This document shows, in pieces, positions 27,058 through 40,094 of a DNA stretch of 64,000 nt. This stretch comes from Selaginella moellendorffii (taxonomy: Eukaryota > Plantae > Lycopodiophyta). The notes under the pieces were generated by a model, which saw only the letters and a program-made list of their open reading frames with translations, had not been told where the DNA came from and did not search any database. The stretch's first letter is position 1; every line of letters starts with the position of its first letter. A program made the translations under genes and the position numbers. Location of the stretch: assembly GCF_000143415.4 (NCBI RefSeq), contig NW_003314371.1, positions 96,935 through 160,934 of the forward strand. Reading direction: 5' to 3'.

Positions 27058-30000
27058 GACTTTTATTGGTGCTCAAGTATATCACCACTAGTGTTGGCAT
27101 TGGAAGGTCTGAGGAGTGGGCTTATCCTTGAGGAGTAGCAAGTCGGGAAGACATGGCTCTCCATTACAGTTCATGTGTGAACTTGTAGAGGTGGTGGATA
27201 GAAAAGGGCCAATAATGGAACGACTTTGGGATCTTGGGAACAGTGCAAGGTTTTCCTCATTGAGTTGAGGATGTGATCCGGATGAGCATTTGTCTCGGCA
27301 AATTGGCTAAGGTAGTTGTGGTAAACAACTATAGTTGAGATTACGGGAAAGATAGAGACTCCAAAACAATAAAGGAGTCACAAGATTATCCTCATATAGT
27401 TGAGGTTGGTGCTCATGAATGTGAGACCAGAAGTAATGACCGTGGGAGGTCAAATACAGAAGGGGACTCAAGTCCTTGAAATGGTAGCCGGGGCTACCTT
27501 TAATAAATGCTGGAACAACCCAAGGAGTTTGGGGGTGTATTTAGAGATGAGTGGTATTCTCATCATATGGACAAGTAGTCCTAAAGGGCAAAGGTTGCCC
27601 CAGAGAACAAAATCAAGTGTCAGAGTAACACTTGTGAAAATAGTCCTTTTGAGTGGGACAGGAATGCAAGAAGTGTATTCCAGTGAGCTAGTGCCTCACA
27701 AGTAGGACCTTACGGGTCTGTGGATTAACCAAGTCCAAAACTGCTGGATGACTCAAGTAGAGTCAAGGGATGGTCCTAAAAGGACTGATGGAAGCATTTG
27801 GACTGAGGTGTGTTGTACCCCACAAAGGATGGGGGGGGGGATCATAGGATCCAAGGATGAGAACAGAGGGTATCTCATCGATGGCAAAATGTGCCATGCT
27901 AAAGTTATGGGAAAGGTGTTCCCAGAAGAAAACAATTTTGACACGAAGTTGTGTGGGACCTTTATGGTGCAGTGCTAACAGATGGTTGGCATGAGAAAGA
28001 GCGGTGTTGGTCTTGGCAAAGACTTAGACACGAAGGGGAAGTGTCATAGAGGTAGGCTCGTGGAGCCGATGGTGTGGAGACACCAAATGTGCCAAGGTGT
28101 GATACCTTGAGGCTATGTTCGTGGGTTCATGAGAACCCCTTGCCAAAGGAATCCCAAGGGAAACGGGAATGGCATAGCCTAATCTGCAGAGCATGCAGTT
28201 GGAGTGTGGTGATCCAGATAATGATGGAGGTGTGGAAGCACCAGCAATGAGTTGTAGGACTTGACAACTATGAGGCAACTAAGCAAGAGGTGCAAAATAA
28301 CTGGCTAAACGGGTAGAAGGTAGCTACCCAAGACTTCTTAATAGCATAGGGAAGTTGGATATACCCTTACGGGGGATAAGTTGCTTATGTTGCGATATAG
28401 TAAGTCAATGTCATAAAAGGAAATACTCATTGTCAAGAAAGCCATCATTGGGACACCCGAACACTCTAGAACACCAGAAGGTGGTGTTTGATGTCGCGAG
28501 GGCAATGGATAAGGCCCAAGGGACTAAGTCCCTAGCCAATGATGGATAGAAGGTGCTATCCAAATGTCCAAGGTTGCGGAGACAGGAAAGGACTGTCTAC
28601 CCGAGTTGGACAAAGCCAAAAATGGAATTTTGGCAAGGCTAGTGATGGGCATGTAAAGGCCCATAAGCAACAATGTAATCCCAGTGTGTGGGATTATAAG
28701 GTGAGCATACCCGGATTGAGGAACCACTCCATGGGCTATTGGGTAGGTTCATCCCTAAGAATACTTGCTAAGGCATGATAGAAAGTGCAAAGCTATCCTC
28801 TTGGTCTGGAGGAGAATGACCGAAGGAAAGGTGTGAAGCCAAAAGCAAGAAGTAAGGGGATAGAACCGAACCACAGGAATCGAAGGGCATAACCAAGGTT
28901 GGTTATGCCAGCTGGGAGTGGAGAATCAAGTAGGGGCTCGAGGGTGTTGCCGCTAGCAACCGTGATGCCATGGAGAGTCTAAAATATGGAATTGTCCATA
29001 TTAGACTATATAGCAACTATAAAGCTTGCAAAAAGGGAGGCCTTAGCAAGCTGAGGGACAGAGTTCCTTCAAGGTTCCCAAAGAAGATTCTAGGTAGCTT
29101 AGTACCTAGAAAGGCCAAGCATAAATGGTTCAAGGAACACGCGAAATCAGAGTGGCGCAGCAGAAGCGTGGTCTTGAAGCTTGCCATGAGGCAAGGCTAT
29201 CAAGGTTAGGGAAGTAATTCCCGAGCCTTCAAAGAGAAGGCTTTGAACGAAAGTCAAGGATCAAGGGCTTTCACGCTTATGCATGAACCATATTACAGTG
29301 GCCGGATGACTTGCTAAGTGAGATTGGCAAGTCGGGGGGAACGAATACCCTAGTTGAAGGAGCCAACTTCAAAGGGGTGGCCCATGGGGCCGAGCATGGA
29401 GGAGTCCATGCATGATCACAGGCTTGTGAAGTGAGAGGACTTGGCAGTGCGAAGGAACTAGGTTCCTAAGCTGTGATCTGTAGCGCGCTTTAAATATAAG
29501 TTGGTGCACCGGCGTGGGGAGTCACACCAGGCATCTTGTGTGATGCCGTCCGTAGATGCATATACGGAGGTTGGGTTCGAGTCCCAACCCTCTAGTGCTT
29601 GGGTTCGAGTCCCAAATCACTAGGGCGTGGTGATGGTTTGGAATATGAGGACACTCATATTTTGGTGGTCATGGACTCTCAGTAGGGAGACTGGTTTGGG
29701 CACACCGCCAAGCGAGGGATGCCTCGGAGTTGTGATGCACGGTTAGATTGCTTAGTGTGAAAGCTTGGCATATCTAACTTGAACGCTTTGGTGCAAGTGG
29801 CACCAAGGACGTGGTGAGTGAGATGGGGACACCTAATCTCAGTTGCTATGGACCCTTGGCCGGAAGGGCTGGCTTGGGCGCACCGCCAAGTGTGGGGGAT
29901 GCCCCCGGGGTTGTAGTTAACAAGTTAAAGGTCTAGAAGACCTAGTACCGATTGGCAAACCTGTAAAGGTGCCGAGGTGAGATCACTAGGTGATCTTGTG

Positions 30001-31364
30001 GCTAAATAAGGACAAAGTCCTTGTTTGGGTTAAGGAATAAGGTTCCTAGTTCAAAGTGTTGATTTGAACTATTGATGATGGTGTAGCTTGGTCAAGGTGA
30101 CCAAGTGGGAAAAGCACTTTAGGGAAATGAGCTATGTCATTGCGATGGCATAGTGTTTCCAAGGAAAGTAGTCTCTAAAGAGACCCATGAGAGGGTCACA
30201 AAGTTGGGCCGGGGATAGAGCCCATAGCAGAAGGTGCTAAAGAGACTTACTAGGGGTGAACACCCTAGTCTTGGCAAAGTTGAGCCTTTGCTATGGAATC
30301 AAAAGAATACCTCAAGGAGGGAGGTAGAGATTCGATGTTGCTTGGTGCAACAATGAACGGATAGGAGCAAAAGATGAGTGGCCAAGATAGGGCCGTGGAA
30401 TCCCTTGGAAGGAATCCAAGTGACAAAGTTAGGCGAGGAACACTAATGTGTTGGACACTAACAAATTGCAGGAAAGGAAGTGTGTTTCCAAGGACGGATT
30501 CCGAATTGCTCCGATTTGGCGAAAGTGGAAGTTCCAACGGAGGGAGCAGTAAGGTAGCCAAATGATAGGGCCATGGAAAGCCCTAGCACAAAATATGATA
30601 AATGGAACTTAGTGCCCAAAGTGGCACGAAATAGAAGAGAGGATGATGGTGCCCTCAAGTAATGAATTTCCTAGGATGGGGAAGTGGAGTTGCACAATCT
30701 GTGCAATGCAAGGTGTTGGAGACACCTAGGAAATTGACTTCCAAAAGTCAAAAGAGTAAAAGTTCCAAGGTGCAAACGTTCAATAGATGGAAATTGAGAC
30801 TACTCGAGAAGGAGTAGTGGGATTGACTTAGAGAAGGGTCTCTAAGAAGTTTAGCGAGAACTAAACCAATAAAAGGAGAGAACCACTACATGTGGTCTAA
30901 TCAGTCTCTAAGTTGGAGAGACTACCCTCCTTAGAGGATAGACAAGGCATGGTGAGCCTTTAGAGTCAAACCATTGAGGAATATGCAAAAGGCATGGTGA
31001 GCCTTCAATGTCAAACCATAGACAAATATTGGCTGAGTGCCAAGGATGGAAATGGTGACACATGTGGGTGTTACTTTACAAAATGGTTTACTGTTCGATG
31101 AGGACATCGAACTTCGTCTATGGGTGGTGGAGTTGTGAGACACAAAATCCCTAGGCCCCAAAATGGAGCCGGAAGGGCGCCACGTGGTAGTGGCCGAAGC
31201 GAGAGCCAAACGAGCGTAACACGTTTGGACCAAAAGCTCCGACTTGAAAAGTCAAGAGCGGGAGTGGAACTCCCAACGAAGTGCTCGAGGAATGAGTACG
31301 AAGCGAGCCATAGGCGAGGCTCCAAAAAGGGACCCAAAAGGACCAACACATGACATGTGGAAGT

Positions 31365-32006
31365 GTCCGAGATGGACCCGAATTGGAGTCCGAAGTGGAG
31401 TCTGAGAAGGACCCCGAGATGGAGTCTGAGGTGGAGTCCGAGGTGGACCCGAGATGGACCCCAAATGGAGTCCGAGATGGAGTCCGAGATGGACCCGAGG
31501 TGGAGTCCGAGATGGACCCGAGGTGGAGTCCGAGATGGACCCGAGATGGAGTCCGAGGTGGAGTCCGAGGTGGACCCGAGATGGAGTCCGAGGTGGTGTT
31601 CGAGGTGGACCTGAGATGGAGTCCGAGATGGAGTCCGAGATGGAGTCCGAGATGGACCCGAGATGGAGTCCGAGATGGAGTCCGAGATGGACCCGAGATG
31701 GAGTCCGAGATGGACCCGAGATGGAGTCCGAGATGGAGTCCGAGATGCACCCGAGATGGAGTCCGAAGTCGAGACCGAGACCAAGACCGAGACCGGGACC
31801 GGGACCGAGACCGAGATCGGGACCGAGACCGAGATCGAGACCGAGGCCGAGGCCGAGGCCGAGCCCGAGCCCGAGTCCGAGTCCGAGTCCGAGTCCGAGT
31901 CCGAGTCCGAGTCCGAGTCCGAGTCCGAGTCCGAGTCCGAGTCCGAGTCCGAGTCCGAGTCCGAGTCCGAGTCCGAGTCCGAGTCCGAGTCCGAGTCCGA
32001 GTCTGA
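31365..32006 (+). repeat. Expanded LTR tandem array (12-bp and 6-bp units)
   Basis: Same units as 25035-25330 but about 350 bp longer. Confidence 0.95.
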
Positions 32007-33389
32007 GAGGGTGAAAGCCCAAAGCGTTCGTCTCCCAGACCTTGGGGGGTTTGGTGAGCTCCAAAAGTATAGTAGGGGGAGGACTGCAGTGGAGCTAGTT
32101 TGGCCAGGAAAGGCCAGTTTGGCCCAGGAAGGCCGGACCCAGTGTTGGGTGATGAGCTGCCCACTGGGAAGTCCAAGACTAGAGTGAACACAAGCCGACA
32201 AGCGGGGTAGCTTGGTGAAGTGTTCAAGAGCCGGCTCTAGTTCCCCCGGGAGATCGACTGGCCGATGCTCCCAGTCCAAGTGTGGGTGGCACTACCTACT
32301 TGGATACCTGGTGTGGCTCAACGGAACCCCGCTCTAAGCCCATGGCTAGAGCACCCAAGGGCAGAAGGCGAGGAGAGTACCCAGGTGGCTTGCATAAGGC
32401 CACGGTGTTCCGAAATGTTGTCCCAAAGGCCCAGACTGTGGAAAGGAAGAGGAGCAGTCCTCTGGGGTAATGACCAAGGACACAGTCGTGTGGTGAGGAA
32501 GTCCCAGAGGACCGTGGGACTTAGTGGTCGGGCCTGTGGGTCTCGATCCAGTGGCAGTGTTGGCAAACACGGCCAAGGGCAGAAAGGGACTTAGTGGGGA
32601 CTGACAGAGGGATATTGGGGAAGGCTATTCCCCTTGTCGGTGGGCATCCTAAGGATGCTAAGGAGTGGGTCTGAGATGACCACTCACGGATGGTTTGCCT
32701 AGTCTTGGAGAGCCAAGACTGTGATGCAAGTGGTATTGGACTACTAGTGTGGCAAAGGTGATTGGGCATGGCCTTAGCGTAACAAGCTGCCATGTCGGTG
32801 GTACCTTTGAGTGTCGGTCATTTGATCGGACACGTGGAGCACTTGGACCAAGTGCAAATGTTGAGTGGCATAGATGCCATTCTTGGGGCTAGCAAGTCCC
32901 AAGTCCTGAATTGGACTTATGGAGGTTGTGAATGAGACTCCTCCAAGTGGTCGGAGGTGTGGTTAAGTGACTAAAGTAGAATGGAAAATTTAGTCGCTTA
33001 CAGAGGACTCCTCTTCCTTTCCACAATCTGGGACTTTGGGACAACATTTCGGAATACCGTGGCCCTACGCAGGCCTCATGGGTACTCTCCCACCTTCCAC
33101 CTTTGGGTGCTCTAGCCATGGGTTTAGAGAGAGGTTCTGTTGAGCCACGCCAGGTATCCAAGTAGGTAGTGCCACCCACACTTGGACTGGGAGCATTGAC
33201 CATTCAATCTCTCAGGGGAACTAAAGCCGGCTCTTGAACACTTCACCAAGTTACTCCACTTGTCAGTCCATATTCACTCTAGTCTTGGACGTCCCAGTGG
33301 TCAACTCATCACCCAACACTTGGGTACAGCCTTCCTAGGCCAAATTGGCTCCACTGGGCTCCAACCCCCACACTTTCCCTACTTTCTTG

Positions 33390-34890
33390 TAAATTTCGAA
33401 TTTCCATTTGAGATCATCTCTTCGAAAAGACCATGAACCTGTATTACATGAACAAGAAGATCTTTGCCACTTGTTTTGCATTCACTGTTTCCACAATTGG
33501 AATGAAGTGTGCAATTTTCGACAACCAATCCACAACCACCATCAAAGTGTCATAACCTTTAGATTTCGGTAAACAAGTGACGAAGTCAAGTATCACACTC
33601 TAAAATAGCTATATTAGTGCTAGAATCCATTGCAACTTCCCAACCTACTTCTCAATTCTTCACTTATATTGCTGGTATAGGGCAAGGATGGACATAATCC
33701 ATTACATCACCTTCCATAGAAAAATCCCTTTTTCAATGAAGCAAGAGTCTTTTGGTTACAGCCATATCTTGCTATCAAAACATCATGATGTTCCTGTAAA
33801 AATAGCTATTGCAGATCCTTAGAAGGAAGATACAATCTTTTTTGCTTATAGTAAATCAATATGTCTTGAACTGAGAAGTGAAGCATTGTATTGGCATAAC
33901 TAGCAACTTTTGTCATTTCGCTACCAAAGTTCTGTTTCAACAACTCCACATAGTGAAAGATTGCCTTTGCCAATGGATCACTTCCATATGAAATTCAAAC
34001 GTCCTTTAACTAGTCTAAATTGGGCCTGATGACTCAATGCATCTGGAATAATATTTTCTTGACCAAGTTTATAGATGATATCAATATTAAATCTAGTGAG
34101 CTTCTCTTGCTAATGAGCCTGCTTCAACATAAGCTTTGGTTGCATTATAAAGTAGCTCAATGTGTTACTATTTATATAAACCTTGGTATGACCATCCAAA
34201 TAGTGCCTCCAATGTTCCAACGTTGACAATATAACAAACATCTCTTTCTTGTGTGTTGGCCATCTTTGTTGGGTTTTATCTAACTTTTTGGAGTAAAACA
34301 CAACAGGATAACCATATTACCTTAGCGTAACATCAACCACATTATCAACCTCATTGTAACATGGCATCTATAATATAGCTAAATGCATCATAATCCATTT
34401 CAAAGGGTTTATTAAGATTTGGGATCCTGAGAACAAGAATTGTAGTCAAAATCTCCTTCAACCATACAAAAGCATGCTGATGAGCTGGTGTTATATGAAA
34501 CGGTACCCTTCATTACTACCCTTCATTAACTCAGTCAACAGAAGAGCAATATTTGCAAAATTGTGAATAAACTTGTGATAGTATCCTGCCAAACTGAGAA
34601 AGGAATAAACATCTGATACAATGGTTGGGACTTCTTAAGACTTCACCACTTCAACCTTATTTGGATTCAATGACACCACCACCAACTATATGCCCAAGAA
34701 AGTTCACATGCAATTGTCCAAAAGCATATTTACTTTCCTTAGCATATATTTTGTGTTCATGCCACTTTTAAAACACTAGCTCTAAGTGTTTCGGATGATC
34801 CTTTAATGTTTCAATGAAGATTAAAACATTGTCAATATATAGGACAGCAAATGTGTCCAAATAATCTCTTATATTCTATCCATCATTGTA
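33390..34890 (-). pseudogene. Decayed Gypsy RT - RNase H - integrase fragment
   Basis: Minus strand: YIDNVLIF, FLSLAGYYHKFIHNFANIA, FYSKKLDKTQQRWPTHKKEM, LMVVVDWLSK.AHFIP. Confidence 0.85.
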
Positions 34891-36769
34891 TTGGATAGAG
34901 CTCACAGCAGAAAATGCTAAAGAGACATACTAGAGGTGAATACCCTCTGGACTTGGCAAAGCAAAGTGTTTGCTATGGAACCGAATGGATACCTCGAAAA
35001 TGGAGGTAATGATCCTATGTTGCTGGGTGCAACAATCAAAGATAGGAGCAAAAAACTAATGGTTAAGTAAAGAGCCATGGGAATCATGGGAAAGAATCCA
35101 AATGATAAAATTAGGCCAAGAACACTAAAGCTCTATTTCGTTAAAGTGGGATTTATTCAGTAAAATGGGACTAGGTACAAATTTTTAAGTATTTGAAAAT
35201 GACGTGAAATTATATGTTTTTTGTCCAGGGGCTAGACATATCTGGGGCATGGTGACTAGCGTGGTGACTTTGTGTCCAGACTGAGTCCATCTGGTTGTAT
35301 AATAAATTTCATTGTCAAGGTGAACAAGCCGAATCTGAAGCTAAAGAAGAGCGATGGCATGCGCGCACACACTATTTGTTTGTTCATTGAGCGTGTGGTG
35401 AGCTTTCCAAGATGAACGTCATTCCTATTAGCCAGACATATAACTTAATGGTGAGAACATTTAGATATTATTCAATGTTATCTTTTTCTAACGAATCTAA
35501 TTGTGAAGGTGTAGCAAGAGGCATTGCTAGTCTGGAGAAGTCATTTAACTCATTTGACCCTTAGTGTATTTTCATGAAACTAAATAACATTCATATTATT
35601 AAGGAATTTCTCTAGTACCTTTTTTTTACGACATAGAGGCTTGCATTTCTTTCAAAGGTGATTTAGTAAAAGGCCTGAGGGCACATGCCATTCTATTTCT
35701 CAGACCGGTATTAAGATATACTAGTGCAAAGGGAAAAAGGTATTTGGTGATCAAGTAAATGGCATGAGGGCACACGCCATTATAAGCCTAAGCGCTAGTG
35801 GACACCTCCTTTTTGGTACTCTCAGCGGTACTATCATCCTTCTCCGGGTCAGTTGTTTTGCTTTGGATTGTTGTCTCTGACGTTACTGGGGCGTTCTCGA
35901 TAATTGTTAATGTTGCCGTTTGTTCAGAAAAATGATCACCTGGAGTATAGTACGGGGAGTTTGGAAGACTTATATATTCTACATCTTCACCTATCTCCTT
36001 CTCTGTCTCCTTTTCTGCCTCACTTACAGATTTTGTGCTTGCCATGAGAATGCTCTTCACCCTAAAATATGGAGTTCGTTGTGTTATAAAAGGAAACCAA
36101 CACACACGCTGCAAGGGAATGATGGTACATAAAGCACGTAAGCCCACAATATGGGTTTATGTGCCATTAATATGGGCCACACGCCATATTATTAGATTTA
36201 TGCACGTGTGATTGGTAAATGCATATGTCACATCATCTTTGTTTTACCTCACACACTATATTAGGCCTAATGAACCATATCACATGTGCGCACATGCTAT
36301 ATATATGGAGAAGTATTATGCAAGGATAGAAAAATTCAATGCATGATTGTGGAGAGCAATGGCATAAAGCCACATGCTAAATAACATTTTAGAGAAAGAA
36401 TTAAAATAGAAACATGCAAACAGTACTGAGTGGACCAAGACTTAGAAGTGCACAATTGAATGAGGTATTTCTAATAAATATTTCACTCACCTCATATAGG
36501 AATGGCTACCACTCTCAAATGGCGTATCGCCTCATGCCATCACCTCGCAATTTGTTATAACAATCCGATGAATTCATATTCGGCTTGTTCACCTTGAACT
36601 TTAAGTAAGATTTGCTAGAACAACTAAGAATTTATACTTGTTATTTGTATCATCTCACCTAGGAATGGCGTAAGGCCACATGCCATCACGCCTCCTCTGA
36701 TTCAGATTCGGATTGTTCACCTTGAAATAAAATACATTAGAAACTTAGTAAAAGAATATTAATGAATCT

Positions 36770-39583
36770 CACCTTGAACCCAGGTTATGAATGCTCTTGC
36801 TGCATCTCTTGCATGGTTTGGCAAGGTGATGGTGGCACTCTGCTTCCGCATCCAACCATGCACAACATTATCCACCAATATGCTCATGCTGGGATCCCTT
36901 GGATTCAGCACCTATCTCTTTTCTAGGCAATCCTTCGTATATCCGGAACTTGGCTTGAACCACTCCACAGTTACATTGAAGGAGTTAGTTTCCGCGTCCT
37001 CCTCTGCATCAGTGATGCAGCGCCCCACCCATATCATTTATTTTTTATTACTGGGTCTGACAAGCACGACCATTCCTTTGCAGACCTATACTGGATTGAA
37101 TGCTGAATCCGGCTTCTTGTTCCTCGGCCCACAATAGTGATCCTCAACATTGTTATCTGTCACTACATTTCCAGAGGACATTGTTCCGCTACTATCTGGT
37201 GCTCTGGGTTCTGGCCAAAAGGACTCTTCTAATTCTTCATATACAACCGGCCCATTTTGGATAGCAAATATAATCTTCTCCCGTATTCGAGCAAAGGCTT
37301 GCACCTTTGAAAATAGGATTCTCCACCAAACACCAACCCCCTCTTCCAGAAGGCAATATGCTGTCTAATCCCGGCCACTATACTTTCCTGGTCTTTGAGT
37401 CCATCCGGGTGTATCGGCCATGGGGAACCCTGAGGAATCATAGGTTCCCCAGTTATGGGATCTCTCTTGAAGAGTTCAATGCCGTCCACTGGCAGCCACA
37501 CTGTGTCCCATTCTCTCATCTTGTACCTCATCACTGGAGCACCATCACGCATGCTGAAATGAAACTGAAGAGGCTTGGAGTGGCCAATCAGCGTTTCGGA
37601 TCCATCCCTGATGTAGCCTCTTACAAACCCCTTAAAGTCTGGAACCTTTGTCACAAGTGCAGCTTCAACAGTGCCTTTGATGCAATTTTGGAATTCATCG
37701 TAGAGTTGTGGGAGGGTGAGGACATTGGATCGCCGGAGGGACTCTGCCAGGTGACTGAACATGGCATCGACGTCTTCATGAGTGTGCCCAACCATGAGAA
37801 AGCCAAGTGTAACCGTTTCAAATATGCCTTTGGCAACAAGCATCGCCAAGTAAGCGAAGACGTACATATTTTTGTTCTCACTGCCAGCATTGTCTGTTTG
37901 GAGCAGAAGATGGGGTGGAAGGCCACATCGGCCGCAAGAACTTCCTTGAGATTCTGCTTCGTTTGGATGAGGCTGTGCATTCACCGGGCGACCAGCCTCG
38001 TCGGAATGGCATGAGGCCTCACGTGATAACCCTACAATCTGACGGCCAACATATTCACTGGGATGGCATGGGGCCCCACGCGATACTGCAAGCCTTTGCT
38101 CCTCCTCCAGCTGAACCCTGTATGGGGTTCGATCGACAAAGGCTTTATGCAAGGGTTGGCCGTTCAGCTCAGTCTGCGCACTTTGCAGAGACCTTAAGTG
38201 TTTTGCTAGGGACGCAATCATCATGTTTGCACCCCCGCCACCCTATAGAGGTACAAAGAAGTTCCCATAGTTCTGGGCACCATACCCATGAGCGATTATG
38301 CCAAACAGAGACACAGGCAGCTGCATGGATGAAGAGATTGCCTTGGGGGCAGGATTGAGTCGAGGTAAGCACGTCTTTTTCTGGTCCATTTTGTCGTGGA
38401 TGATGCAGAGGTAAGAGTCAGGTCTCTCCATGGAGAGAATCCTATTATGATAATATGCAGTCCTGCAGCTTCTCTGCTCGATGTTGTGGTCAAGCCGCCT
38501 TCTAACCAATGTCTCTCGCTCTTGAGCAATGCAAGAATTCTTCGACAAAGCCATTTTGATAGCAGTGCACTCGTCACACTTTGAAAAGCTGGAGTACTTT
38601 CCTATACTCACATCCCTGAACCTGTTGCTCCACAATCTACTAAATCTAGATTGGCTCAGCTTCATGTAGCCATTACTCTGGAGTTCCCGATTCACATCTT
38701 CCAATATGGCCCCCTTGGTATACATGGAAGGGAGAACTCGTTGGGTGTCTCGAGTTCTATCTTCTAAGAGGCGGGTTTTATGTGGTTGTTGCTCGCTACA
38801 TGTCTCGACAAACCTCTTGAAGATTGCCTCTCCATATACAACATGACCCCTGGTTTTGTGAGTACCGTCGTTCCCATGGACTGCCTGTTGAACCCTTTGT
38901 TCCTCGAACTTAGTTTTGATTCTGTAGAATGTGGTTCGAGGGACTCCATAAATGATTCTCCATGCCTTCATGCAGACCAAACCCCTTTGGAAGACCATGC
39001 CCCCCACCTGATGTTCTGAAGCATCAACAGATGACCGTAATGCCTCATACACAAAATTGCGAGCTGCCTTCCAGGACAATGTCTTGTATCTTGCTCTCTC
39101 CTCTTCAATAGCATCCCAATCAGCATGTTGACAGCACCTCCTCTTGCAACAAGCAACTGTCGAGACCATTCGAACCTCCATCACCATTTTCTGCCTTTTC
39201 GGTTCGTTGCTCAGATCCCTTTGGCTGCGCTTTAGGAAGGTGTACTTTCTTTTCCCATGAAGAGATGTTCTGTCATCAGTTGTAGTGGTGTTTGATTGTG
39301 AATCCTTCACATTCTCAAACACTAAGTGCCTCAATTTCCACCGCACAATGCTTCCAATAGTCAGACTGTTTTCTTCTGTGTCAACAACCTCTAAAATCGC
39401 AACTCCAATATCATCCCAGCCCAATTCTTGATTAGCAACCGCATCTCTTGGATCGACAACTGTGGCTAAGCCCTCAGCTACCACCTCCCCCTCGGGGTTG
39501 TTTAGAAACACCTTTGCCTGAATCCATGTAGCACGGTTCTTAAGATCCACGGAGGGAACATGCGTTGCACTTGCGGAGGCCAT
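36770..39583 (-). pseudogene. Sola-like DDD transposase, frameshifted, with premature stops
   Basis: ORFs 38243-39583 and 37229-38224. Motifs CCKRRCC, VCMKAWRIIYG, FSKCDEC; putative catalytic IIHDKMD ... LLLQTDNAGSENKN ... GHTHEDVDAMFS. Frameshifts at about 38240 and 37250; stops in the C-terminal domain. Confidence 0.8.
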
Positions 39584-40094
39584 TCTGAAAGTGCAGAAAA
39601 GAAGTTAAGACCATACAAAAAATGATTGGAGAATGGCCTAAATCATAACATACCAAACAACCTCAATAGCATGAGGCCACATGCCATTATTCAAACATGC
39701 TATTGACACCCACGTGAAATTTCGCATTCACAAAATTGGCATGAGGCCTCATGCCATCTTGATAAACACACAGCTACAAGCAGGTAAAGAAACTATTGGC
39801 AATATGCTAGTGATGAACTTGCAAGCCCCAAGATGGCATGAGCCCTCATACCATTAGTGGTACCGTAGCGCCGCTCGCACCACTGCAACTGCTCGTAGCG
39901 CCGCTCGCACAAACTGCCACTCGCATAAACTGCCGCTCGCAATGGCGCTCGCAATGCCGCAACCGCTCGTAGACGCATAAACCACAGCTCACAACGCCGC
40001 TTACACAAGCAGCGCTCACTGCGCTCAGCGGAACCAAGAACACGGCGCACAAAAATGATAGACCTAGTAATGAGTTCGAGAATTCAAAAATAAC

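Larger units (their letters stand above)
24805..33002 (+). mobile_element. Intact non-autonomous LTR retroelement, family B (LARD-like): LTRs 24805-26326 and 31134-33002
   Basis: TGTGAG...CTTACA termini; 5-bp TSD GAGGA (24800-24804 / 33003-33007); PBS TGGTATCAGAGC at 26330; PPT GGGTGGTGGAG before 31134. LTRs are nearly identical outside the tandem arrays; no gag/pol ORF internally. Confidence 0.93.
21090..33385 (-). mobile_element. Older family-B copy on the minus strand; its LTR (24260-24804 + 33008-33385) is split by the young copy
   Basis: Internal region 21090-24250 is the reverse complement of 27060-30200. Degenerate PBS at about 24248-24259; LTR sequence resumes after the GAGGA TSD. 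Confidence 0.8.

Noticed and set aside
24763-32279. Long ORFs with SD/RT/LG/ES dipeptide runs (for example 402 aa at 31071-32279), resembling adhesin or SR proteins
   Set aside because: They arise from stop-free 6/12-bp tandem arrays inside LTRs and are open in most frames.
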